Of a stretch of 64,000 bases of DNA, positions 50,259 to 60,322 are shown piece after piece. The stretch spans positions 1 to 64,000 of the forward strand of contig JAUCBJ010006674.1 in NCBI GenBank assembly GCA_032718475.1. The letters are read 5' to 3'. The translations under genes and the position numbers were made by a program. The stretch is from Nemertoderma westbladi (lineage: Eukaryota; Animalia; Xenacoelomorpha). Under the pieces are notes generated by a model. That model did not search any database. It worked only from the letters and a program-made list of their open reading frames with translations, and was not told where the DNA came from. The stretch's first letter is position 1, and each line of letters begins with the position of its first letter.

Positions 50259-53200
50259 ATGTCAGATTCAACCAAATCACTGTCAGATAGTCTCTTAGAA
50301 AGTGTTAGAATGAGTATTAGACTTAGACAGCGTATTAAAAGGATCCGTGACCAAGATCCAAGTATAGAACATCCTAGATCCAAGTCTAAGTCACCTACTA
50401 TTGTAAGAAAGGCCATCCCTACAGTAGTAGTGTCAGACCCTAGGCTAGTAGAACAACGTAGGTCTATCATCGGCACTCGGGCCCAAGTCAAGCGGGATCA
50501 AGAAGCAGCTGTCAAGCAGCAGCAACATCCTAGCCAAGAACCTAGTTCTCAGCGGCCCGATAGCTCCAGTAGTTCGGATACTGTTGAGCGGACGCCCGAA
50601 CGCAGAGCGGAGATGGCGGATACGGTTTATGATGAGCGGCCAACCTATGAAGAATCAACCGACGCCACTTCTTCTCAAGTGGAAAGCGAAGTGGAAAGCG
50701 AATTAACAGCAGCAGAGAAGCCGCGAACTAGAGACGCCATTGACATCTACCTATCCGACTATCAGCGATTCTTAGGAGACGAAGAGTTGAGGAGACGACT
50801 GTCTGGACTTTCCCCCAATAGTGAAGGAGCCAAGTTTGTGTTGGACGCAATAGATGTGGAAATGTTGGCAGCGAATAGAGCGGAAATTGATGAAAGAATC
50901 CGCATCGTTAGAGAATGGGAACAACAGTTGAAGAAAAAACAGATAGAGGACAGAAAGACAGCAGCAGTAGCAGCGGCAGAGGCAAAAGCAGCAGCGGCAG
51001 AGGCAAAAGCAGCAGCGGCAATGGCAGTGGTCGAAGCGGAACGGAGGGCATCTGAAGAAAAAGTCCAACTAGAGTTGGAGAATATTCAAGAGAAGCACGA
51101 TTACTTAAATAAACAGATAACGGCTAGTGATATGCAGCTGATAAGCCAGACTACTTCCAAGAGACAGGGATTTACATCCTCTGATGAAGGAGATACAACA
51201 GATACTGAAGGCAAAGGAAATAGATCTCGTCTAAGCAGACGTGGAAGAACATCCCACCGTCATAAATTGCCTGATTTGCCTCCAGCTGTTAGAAGGCAAC
51301 TAAATAACACCAACTTAGGTAGTACAGAACCCATAGACCAGGTGGTTAAAATAGAAAGACTCCCTACAATAGTTGATGAGCCTGAAATAATTAGGCCTGT
51401 CGTTCCCAAAGTCACTTCTGTGTTAGAGACCCCTGTACTTCCAGAGCTTAACTCTAAATTCCCTTTACATAGTACTACACTGCCTGTACCCGGTGGAACA
51501 GTCCAAGAGAATATCCCTGTCCAGATAGCAGAGAGAGAAATCAATAATTTGTCTCCCGTCGTCCCGCGTCAGCCCGCTACTATGTTGGCGACTCCCGCTT
51601 CAGCGGTTGAGTGGGTGGAAGAGGGACGGCGGGGGATGAATCTCCTGCTGGGACAGATGCAGGAGACTGTCCACCAACTTAAGGGAACAGTGAGGGAAAG
51701 TAGAGCAGAGTTGCAAGAAGTGCAGCAAAGTATCGCACTAGAACGCGACAAATTAGTCAATATCCAAAAGGGCATACCAATACCCCCTGTAACATTGTGT
51801 CCACCTGTTAGGTCTGAAGTATTACATGCGCAAGGTGTGGAGCCTACACGCATCTATACTGCTAGTGAAGTTGAAACTCCTATAGCAAACCCTATTAAGG
51901 GTGATTATAGACCTGTTATTAATGATATTCCCTATAGACCTGATAATGATCCGAGAAATTTATATACCGATAATTCGATATTAAATAACACGATGGCCCA
52001 AGAAAGCTTTACGCGTCAGATGGCTAGAACAGAAGCCCGCCAAGCGGTCAAAGTAGGAGAGATCGTCAAATTCAATGGAGACGAGATGAAATGGTTACCT
52101 TTCAACGAATATTACAAAGACAGCATACAGAACTCTGTGCTATCTAACGGAGAGAAACTTAGGTTCCTCATCAAGTGCTTGGAAGGACCTCCCAAGTTAA
52201 TGGCGTTAAAGTTTATTGGACATCCAGATGGATTAAGACAAGTTTGGGATACATTAAACATCAGGTATGGTAACAAGGATAACATAGCTAAGTATTTGTA
52301 TGCAAAATTAGTAGCCCCTCGACACTTCCTTAGTAGCGGGATTATAGAGTTTTCTGATGAGATTCAAGAGATCTGTAGACAACTGGACTGGTTAGGTAAG
52401 TCGCATGAATATCAGAGTTCCATGGTTATTGGAGCCGTAGTCTCTACCTTACCAAAGGGCGGAGTATGTACACGCTGGGACAAGAAAGTGTTGTACATGA
52501 ATGAACAACAACGACGAAGTCCTACCATGGCTGATCTCATGTCCTTCTTAGATGGTGAGGTAAAACTACAACTCATCAAGCAGTCCAGAGAGAAAACATC
52601 GGAAAATAAGGTAAGTGAGAAACCCGCTTCTAGGAGAAGAGTAACACCAGTGTGTTATACTGACGACGGCGAAAGCCAAGCTTCTCAAGAAGAGGACAGC
52701 GGGAAAGACACAGCAAAATCTTACTATGACAAAAAGAACTATAAAGACGTAAGTAAATACAAGTCTCGAACCAGTGACAGGAGAGAACAGGTAACAACAA
52801 CCCCTCCTACGTCTCCTAAGAGAATTCACGGAAGAAAGCCCGAAGAAAGAACGAGAGTGCATAACGTTACCCAAGGTAAGGTGAGTAACATCAAACCAAA
52901 ATGTGCGCTGTGCGACGGGCCCCACTGTTTGAGTGCGTGTGCTGAATTTCTAAAGAAATCCCCTGTAGACAGACGTACAGTCCTGTGGAATAAGCGGTTA
53001 TGCTATAATTGCCTCAGATCGGGACACCAACGGCGAACCTGTTACTCCGACGTAAAGTGTGCAAAGTGTGGCGCGAAACATCACATCTTGTTACACAGTG
53101 AGTTCGAACGAGACAACCCGAGTCAGGTAAGTGAGCCCAAATCACATGTCCAATTCAGTGATGTGAACGACACTGACCAAAGTTCTGAGTGGGAAGGATT

Positions 53201-54335
53201 CTATACGGACGAATTCTCCGATGCCAACGAATCCTGTTATCTAATAAATACCGCAGTGTATCGAGCACTTACTTACGAAAAAGACATCAACGATGAGTTT
53301 CCCCAAACTACTTTCGCCAAACAACCATCTTGGAAAGCTCCAGCTTCCAACGTAGGAATCAGAGAATTTCCTGTAGTTCAGGTAAGAGTTCACGGTCTTA
53401 ACAAAAGCTACATAGTGAACGCCCTCCTGGACTCCGGCAGCACAGGAACATTCATCGATCAAGAACTAGCCGAAGATATCTTTGCTGGACAACCCAAGTT
53501 CCGGACTAAATTGAATATGTCAGGAATTATGCAGGTTTGGAAATCTACCCTAACGGCAGATTACTATGTAGGTGTGTTGTCCACCCCCCAGGATAAGTTA
53601 GGAACACAAGGTATAAGGTCAGTAAAAATGGTGGCTATAAAGAACTTCGCTACTACCCAAGCAGACCTTTATAATTGGGACGAGGATGAGAGCATCCAAC
53701 ATCTTAAGATACCTCGATTCCAGACGGATTATCCTGGAGTGCAAATACTTATCGGCCAAAACGCGCACGAGGCGCTCGAGACATTGGAAAAACGACCTGC
53801 TCAACCGCAGCCACTACAAACCTATGCGGTAAGAACTAGAGTAGGTTGGTACTTTACTGGCCCTTCCCGCAGAACTCTCGAAGAGAGACTACCACCAGAA
53901 AGAATATGCCAGATAAATGGTTGGGAAGTGGAGAGCAGTGAAGTGGACGAACTAACTGAGGGAACACCATACTCCTCAGATAATGACGATATTAACTCCA
54001 ATGAAGATCAATGGAGACATCGCCCCGAGATGATTAATCTAGCCGACATCGCTTCCAGAGGAGCGACTCCTCAAGAACGGATAGATACTCCCGGCTGGTT
54101 AGGTGGACCCGACTCCCTAAGTAAAGAAGAAGATGAATGGCCTCCTCATCTTACCACGGCGGAGAGTAGACAGGCCAAGGGAGCGGAGAAAGTAACACGG
54201 CAACCCAATCACCCAGCTGGTCGTTTATGTTTACTGGAAAGAGACCAAAAACTGTCCGGAAACTATGGAAGGCAAGATACTCTTCCTACGACCACTTCCC
54301 TAATCCGACAAATATCTAGGGACTCCATAACATAA
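50259..54335 (+). CDS. BEL/Pao Gag-protease polyprotein with internally deleted Pol (1358 aa)
   Basis: DUF1759-like FNGDEMKW..EKLRFL..L..RYG; knuckles CALCDGPHCLSAC, CYNCLRSGHQRRTC, CAKCGAKHHILLH; ALLDSGSTGTFI; RNase H tail QWRH..NLADIASRG..W..GP..EWP; integrase tail PAGRLCLLE; no RT YxDD motif and no integrase DDE core. Confidence 0.93.
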   Translation: MSDSTKSLSDSLLESVRMSIRLRQRIKRIRDQDPSIEHPRSKSKSPTIVRKAIPTVVVSDPRLVEQRRSIIGTRAQVKRDQEAAVKQQQHPSQEPSSQRPDSSSSSDTVERTPERRAEMADTVYDERPTYEESTDATSSQVESEVESELTAAEKPRTRDAIDIYLSDYQRFLGDEELRRRLSGLSPNSEGAKFVLDAIDVEMLAANRAEIDERIRIVREWEQQLKKKQIEDRKTAAVAAAEAKAAAAEAKAAAAMAVVEAERRASEEKVQLELENIQEKHDYLNKQITASDMQLISQTTSKRQGFTSSDEGDTTDTEGKGNRSRLSRRGRTSHRHKLPDLPPAVRRQLNNTNLGSTEPIDQVVKIERLPTIVDEPEIIRPVVPKVTSVLETPVLPELNSKFPLHSTTLPVPGGTVQENIPVQIAEREINNLSPVVPRQPATMLATPASAVEWVEEGRRGMNLLLGQMQETVHQLKGTVRESRAELQEVQQSIALERDKLVNIQKGIPIPPVTLCPPVRSEVLHAQGVEPTRIYTASEVETPIANPIKGDYRPVINDIPYRPDNDPRNLYTDNSILNNTMAQESFTRQMARTEARQAVKVGEIVKFNGDEMKWLPFNEYYKDSIQNSVLSNGEKLRFLIKCLEGPPKLMALKFIGHPDGLRQVWDTLNIRYGNKDNIAKYLYAKLVAPRHFLSSGIIEFSDEIQEICRQLDWLGKSHEYQSSMVIGAVVSTLPKGGVCTRWDKKVLYMNEQQRRSPTMADLMSFLDGEVKLQLIKQSREKTSENKVSEKPASRRRVTPVCYTDDGESQASQEEDSGKDTAKSYYDKKNYKDVSKYKSRTSDRREQVTTTPPTSPKRIHGRKPEERTRVHNVTQGKVSNIKPKCALCDGPHCLSACAEFLKKSPVDRRTVLWNKRLCYNCLRSGHQRRTCYSDVKCAKCGAKHHILLHSEFERDNPSQVSEPKSHVQFSDVNDTDQSSEWEGFYTDEFSDANESCYLINTAVYRALTYEKDINDEFPQTTFAKQPSWKAPASNVGIREFPVVQVRVHGLNKSYIVNALLDSGSTGTFIDQELAEDIFAGQPKFRTKLNMSGIMQVWKSTLTADYYVGVLSTPQDKLGTQGIRSVKMVAIKNFATTQADLYNWDEDESIQHLKIPRFQTDYPGVQILIGQNAHEALETLEKRPAQPQPLQTYAVRTRVGWYFTGPSRRTLEERLPPERICQINGWEVESSEVDELTEGTPYSSDNDDINSNEDQWRHRPEMINLADIASRGATPQERIDTPGWLGGPDSLSKEEDEWPPHLTTAESRQAKGAEKVTRQPNHPAGRLCLLERDQKLSGNYGRQDTLPTTTSLIRQISRDSIT

Positions 54336-55955
54336 TAACATATGGAGTGGGTGTGTGACTATATCATTTTATATTTGTTTTTATTTTATATTTATGTATG
54401 TATTATTACGTAATTTTATTATAATCGTTTTCTTTAATTTTATTTAGTAGAATTAGCGATTATTTAGTAAATTAGTGCAATATATTAGTGTTTATTACGT
54501 ACTTAATTACTTATAATATATTTAGTGCGACGGCAAGAAATAATTATTTTTCTCTTTCCTTACTGTCCGTATTATATTATAAATGCGAGACTATAGTAAG
54601 ATGACATGTCAGTACTTCTTAAAGTACAATAAAGCCACTACTATATTTAAGTATTATTGGTAGGCAGAGTATTAGGAATGCAAAGTTCAGATCCTCGTGT
54701 CTCGGCTAAACCAAGCTCTGGGTAGACCTTGGAAACGACTTGCCTCTTCACACTGACATTGCTTCGTGCGATATTGCTCTTCTACCTTATAACAAATAAT
54801 ACATATAGTAGCGTGATGTCCCTCTAACAGTAGCGTAAAACGCAAATAAAGCTGTTAAACCTTTTGACCATCTGTAATTCTAGTCGATTAAGATATCGTG
54901 GCACCCACCGATATACTTGAAAGACAAATTCTAGAATCAGTGGTTAACGTCCCCAGACAAGTTCTGGAATAAATCGGTGCCCATCCTAAATATTAATTTA
55001 ATATTTATTAAAATCTGTAAAATCCCGATCCTTTAAAATTTCTAGTCAATTAAGATATCGCAGTATTTACCGATATTCTTAGAAGGACTATTTTATAGAA
55101 TTAAGGATCCTAAGTCCCCAGATATGCTCTGGAATAAAATTTGTGTCAATTTTAACATCAAATAATAAAATTCACGGGAATAAATTTAAATTCATATTTT
55201 TAAATGAATTTCATAAATTGTCATTTTGTACAATTTATAACATTCCCAAAATTCCAGTAATTAATAGATCATGGGAGCGGAGATTCATATTGAGTGTACT
55301 AGAGTGTGAGAATCTCCAACATATAGTCAATAGCCGATAAAATTTATAAAATCATGCATAAAGAGGATATTGACAACTAAAGAATTACTATTAAATAACA
55401 TCCCAGATCTGTATGCATGAGAATTACCCTAATTCTACCGCTAGCTTTCCATAATGTCACCATGGCAACAACCACGCTAGAATTAGAAGCAAGTTAAAGG
55501 AACAATAAAAGGCTTGCCCCATTGCGTAGCATAAGAGTATACATAGCGCACTATTAGTATCCAAGGATACATAGTAATAACGTGACATTCTGGAAGACAC
55601 TGACTAACGGACAAATGGCATGCATGTGTGCAGTAAGTAATGATTGTATGGAATTTGTGCGTTTATAGGTGAATGATACTACTAAAGTGTGTTTACAGTA
55701 GCTAATCGCAATTGTAAAGTAGCCCTAACTCTACCGAGATAGCCTCAAGTGGAATCAAGCCTTTGGGACGGACAGTGGTGGGACTTGTGTCGATTATCGT
55801 TGTCGTGCTGTTGCTACATGTTGGCGCAAACACCGCGACAACGGTACATCGGCGCTGAGAAACCCACTGTCCGGGGGCAAAAGTCTAGTAGGCAGCGACG
55901 CCCGCTTGCCTAAAATATTAGCTCATATTGATATCAATAAACTCAGATAGCAGAT

Positions 55956-56999
55956 ATGACGGAATTGATAGAAGATGACCTTGATATTAGAGAGCGATAT
56001 ACTCTACCTTTACAAGCGTTTGTGGATAGCTTGATACGCGGTGAAGCCGATCCGACTATTACGGAGGACGATGGTCGTTATATCGAACCGCTGATGTCCC
56101 AGGAACAACTTACGCGTGAATTGGACTATCGAAAATTAACCGCTCGCTATACGCATCGTAATGGTACGTATATGGACTTCCTAACTACCGGCCATCCTAT
56201 CGATTTACATGATACGGACGATGTATACACCGAAAGGGAAATGGTTCTATTTAAATATCATACCCAGCGGAGTCGTAACGATAAACCGAGAATAGATCAC
56301 GAAAATTATATTCGTTACATCAGAGCTTGGGAAGCGAACGCTGATTTACATTGTGATTCACGCCATCGCTATTATCCTGGACGCGCTTACGAAGGAGTTT
56401 ATGCGTTCCATCCATATTTGTTTGCCTCCGTCGAGCAGAAATCGCGCCTATCAAGTTATGAACTATTGAAGCGCGTTGGAGAATGTATTTCAACCAAATA
56501 TGTACGCAAATTCCTCAGGAGCATTAATCCGAGTGACATCAATTCGTATAACTTAATAAACTTTATCCGTCAAGATCCGGCCTATGGAGACTTATTTGTC
56601 AACTCACACCCTGAGTTACAGGAAGTATATCGACGGCCTTACGAGTACAGAGCCCGCGAACGCGAGTTGGAAAGAACCATTAAACCAAGGAAGTTTCTAA
56701 CTGCCTATGGTCCACCCACGGCCCTCGTTCAGACCACTCGTAAAGGACCCGTAAGAGCGGCTGTCTTGAAACGAGCTCTCAAAGCCGTTAGACCCCTCTC
56801 CCCGGACGTTGATGTCAATCAACCCGGTACTTCGACCGGCGGATATACCGATCGCAATCCCATACCTTCTGATGCAATCATATTGCACCCTTCACCCAGG
56901 AGTTATAGCCCTCCTCGTAAAGTGGCTCGCCCCAAAGAGAAAAGGACTCTTGCTAGCTTTAAAAAACTGCGTAAACGCCGTCCGCGCAAGAAAGACTAA
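55956..56999 (+). CDS. Element-borne ORF2, unknown function, basic C-terminal putative NLS (347 aa)
   Basis: Intact ORF between pol stop and 3' LTR; homolog in the inverted copy; ends KKLRKRRPRKKD; no signal peptide or TM segment visible. Confidence 0.8.
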   Translation: MTELIEDDLDIRERYTLPLQAFVDSLIRGEADPTITEDDGRYIEPLMSQEQLTRELDYRKLTARYTHRNGTYMDFLTTGHPIDLHDTDDVYTEREMVLFKYHTQRSRNDKPRIDHENYIRYIRAWEANADLHCDSRHRYYPGRAYEGVYAFHPYLFASVEQKSRLSSYELLKRVGECISTKYVRKFLRSINPSDINSYNLINFIRQDPAYGDLFVNSHPELQEVYRRPYEYRARERELERTIKPRKFLTAYGPPTALVQTTRKGPVRAAVLKRALKAVRPLSPDVDVNQPGTSTGGYTDRNPIPSDAIILHPSPRSYSPPRKVARPKEKRTLASFKKLRKRRPRKKD

Positions 57000-57077
57000 C
57001 TGTTTAGAGTATTTTTATATTTTAGAAACTGTGATTTTGTATATTTTATAGACTTAAATCCCATTTTCTGGGAGCGG

Positions 57078-58312
57078 TGTAAAAGCTTCTGTGGGATCTA
57101 ACTGGCCCCTTTTGCTTCGCAATCCAGTTTCCCCCCAGGCGCTGGAATACTCTAAAAAGGTTCTCTAACTGTATATATATTCCCCTCGCCCGCAAGGTAC
57201 CGTTACAGGTGTTTTAACGGACATAAAAGTCATTCTGCTATATACGTGTTTTGGCGGACATGGTAAGGCAAAAAACCTGTAATGTGCCAACTACCTTTCA
57301 CAGCTTAGCCGTGATGATTCATATTACGACATCTAACAGCTGGTTGCTGACATGGAAACAGCCATTGGATGCATGGTTCTTTGTTTGGCTTGAGCCAATC
57401 AGAGCGATTTTTCCTGTCGACGTGTAGCTTTTCGGCCGATCATAAGGAGAGTGTTCAGTCTTACTGTTTTTACTTGATACTTTGTTGTTATTGCTGTCTA
57501 AGCCAGAAACACCGGCTTTTTGGGAAGAACTCTAGTAAAACTGCTTAGATTATAGAAAGTATAACTGTTACCGGCGGTGTTACCTCACTTAATTTAACTG
57601 CACTAATCATATTGTTTGTACTGCTATTTACCGTCAGTTATTAATTGTATCTATTTGTTGATGGAAATATTGCTCTTTGGAGAATACGGATAAATCACCC
57701 AAAATTCCCAATTTTCTTGATACACTACAGGTTAGAGAGGCGGGCTATATATAACAATTGCGATTTATATCAATGTGGTGTGTATTGAATCTAATGTTAT
57801 TTAGTAGACACTACCTGAGTCAATTGCTGTTCTCTTTATGTGTGATCAAATATACTGACGGTCGGCAGAATAGTGTGCATGATTGTGAGTGTGATGTGAC
57901 TGGTAACAAAGCATTTCCTAAAGAATGCGACTTATACTTTAATCATAAGCCTTATCGTTGCGTTTAGTATAAGTCCTAGCTCTGTTTAAATAGATAGAGC
58001 GCCACGTCCTAAAGGAACTGTTAATATTCCCCGAAAGTTAATAATATCTGTCAGAAATTACATATTAGCGATCAATCGAATAATACAGTAGGCTTACACT
58101 GCAACCTTACACTGCAATAATAAAATCTAAGCATCCGAATTCAGCCTCCCGGGTGTAGATCCATCGGGTGAATGATCGCGCATGGGCTGGCTTCGGCTAA
58201 TGTTTTGTTTATTAGCATAAAATATTGTCGTATGCTAAAGGTGTGTTAATTAACTAAAAGACATATAAATTTTGGCAGGTTAAACTGCTAAAGGTCTTCA
58301 AAAGCGCGAACA
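57078..58312 (+). repeat. 3' LTR
   Basis: Preceded by purine-rich gggagcgg (PPT); direct repeat of 46766-48000. Confidence 0.95.
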
Positions 58313-58989
58313 GAACACTTTTACTTCTTTAAAGGTATCAGGCGATACCCTGTAATTGAATTAAGACACAGCATTCCGGGACGTGGCTTAATGGTTTATG
58401 TATGTATTTACAGAGGTTTAAAGTTTTGACCTCGAAAAGACCAAGAATAGCAGCAGTGTGCAATAATGGGTAAGAAATTGGTGACACATTTTCAAAATAC
58501 TTGTAGCAATTTACGTTATAGCATTATATGTAAAAAATAAAATTTGAGATTGCACGAAATTTGACATACAGAATGACCTCTCTATTTTCTGGAAAAGGAA
58601 ACTTATTGCAAGGATTAAGGATTTAGAATAATATATAATTATGAGAATAAATTAATTAATGGTTGTGGTTATGTGCATCCATGAAATCCATGAACTAGTT
58701 GCAAAGACATAGACGTTTAATATATGAATTTAATAGGCCTAATGTGAGCACTTTATGCTTTCTGTTGGCCGGTATTATTCATTTCAGAAACTCATAATCA
58801 CCTCTTGTGATCTCGGCTTGATTAATAATCAATTTATTTCAATTTTAGTTATAAAACGCTAACATCTGGTCTGGCTTGCTATGCAATAATTATACAACAA
58901 AATTAGCCTTAAAGAGCTAACATTTAGAATATGTCTTATGGAGAAACTCTATAGTGCTAACAGTTAGCACTTTACCTTTTTCAATAATT

Positions 58990-60050
58990 CTGAATCTGGT
59001 CGCTAGGGGGCAGTTGTTAAAATTTGTTGCTATTTAATTTTTTTTGTAATTCATCTACATCTTTGAGTCAGGTTTGTTGGGAAAAACGAGATTTCGAGAC
59101 ATCTGCTAAAATTGAATGGGATATCCAATAGAACAAACGCCATTTACATGGCTACGTTTGTTTTCGTGCTGTGGTCCCTTTCTGGCACCCATCTCCAGTA
59201 TTTTTCGTGCGAAAATTATAAAAGTTTTTATGGCTCGCTAAAATTAATTTATTTGAGGTATATAGCGGTTTTTTGGACTCTGATCTAGATTATAGAACTC
59301 AAATATAACATTCGAGAAAATTTTTTGTAATTTTGAATGTTCCCTCTGGGGCACGAAAAAACAAGTAGTGGAAATATGATAATGAAAACTCACCACAAAA
59401 TCAAATTGATTTTATGACTATACAGTTTTTTTGGGATGCTGATCACGAATACGATACTGAAATATAACGTACATTGTTGATTAGGGCATTTTTGGATATG
59501 TGTCAATGTGCGGCTCGAAAAATACAATAAGTAGCACAAATTTGATGATCAAAAATCATTACCGAATCAACCTCATTGTTAGATATTATGGGTTTTCTGG
59601 CACGCTGATCACGAATATGACTCGTCAAAATATCGGATTATCCAAATAGATTTTTGCCGTTTGAAATTTCATCCTACTTGTCTCTTACGTCCCACCAGAC
59701 AAAAACTAAAAATTATAGTTACGTTGCCACGAATGATTTTTAATAAGTTGTATCGTGCCGTATCGTATCGATCATCGGCTTTGAAAACCAGATTAGCGTC
59801 GGAATTACCAAACCAAAAGCAATATTAAACAGTTTGTAATTTTTGCTACTTGTACTTTTCGTTCTGGGGCACCAAAATGGCACCAAAAATGATGTTTGCA
59901 TTTTAAAAAAATTCTAGCTAGTAAAAAAACAGTAGCTACAAAAAAAAATATCTAGTAATGTTCTAGAACATTCACCAATATCATAAAAAGTACTAAAGAA
60001 CACTAAAATGTGACAGGTAAAAAAATGACAGGGGGTGTCGACAGGGCGGA
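58990..60050. mobile_element. Probable non-autonomous DNA transposon relic
   Basis: Dispersed internal repeats gctgatcacgaata (x2) and ctggggcac (x2); no ORF; ends not resolved. Confidence 0.3.
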
Positions 60051-60322
60051 GTAGGCCAAGTACCAATAACAGTTATATATTAGAACTGTGTTTCCAATGT
60101 AATTGCATTCTAGAAACTCATTTGTCCGTTAATCATTACTTGCTCACAAATAATATACTAGTATCATGTAATTAGAAGCTAATTAATAAATAATTATTTA
60201 AAAGTAACAATTAAAACCGAATCTCACTTCATTAACAACAATTACCTCTTTCTACAGTGGCATAACTTATCATCCCAATCGTTTATTTAAACATATATAT
60301 TTAAGTACCGGTAGTTATTCTC

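Larger units (their letters stand above)
46766..58312 (+). mobile_element. Complete BEL/Pao LTR retrotransposon, non-autonomous (gag-PR plus extra ORF2)
   Basis: TG...CA termini, two 1235-bp LTRs with about 4 differences seen, 6-bp TSD GAACAC (46760-46765 / 58313-58318), BEL-type gag knuckles and protease. Confidence 0.95.

Noticed and set aside
50772-53804. Antisense ORFs within gag-PR
   Set aside because: Shadow ORFs of the long plus-strand ORF with no motifs
54650-54780. Hammerhead or HDV-like ribozyme in the invariant block
   Set aside because: No CUGANGA...GAAA arrangement on either strand and no HDV nested pseudoknot recognisable by eye
55956-56999. env gene
   Set aside because: No signal peptide, TM helix or Cys-rich ectodomain; strongly basic C-terminus instead
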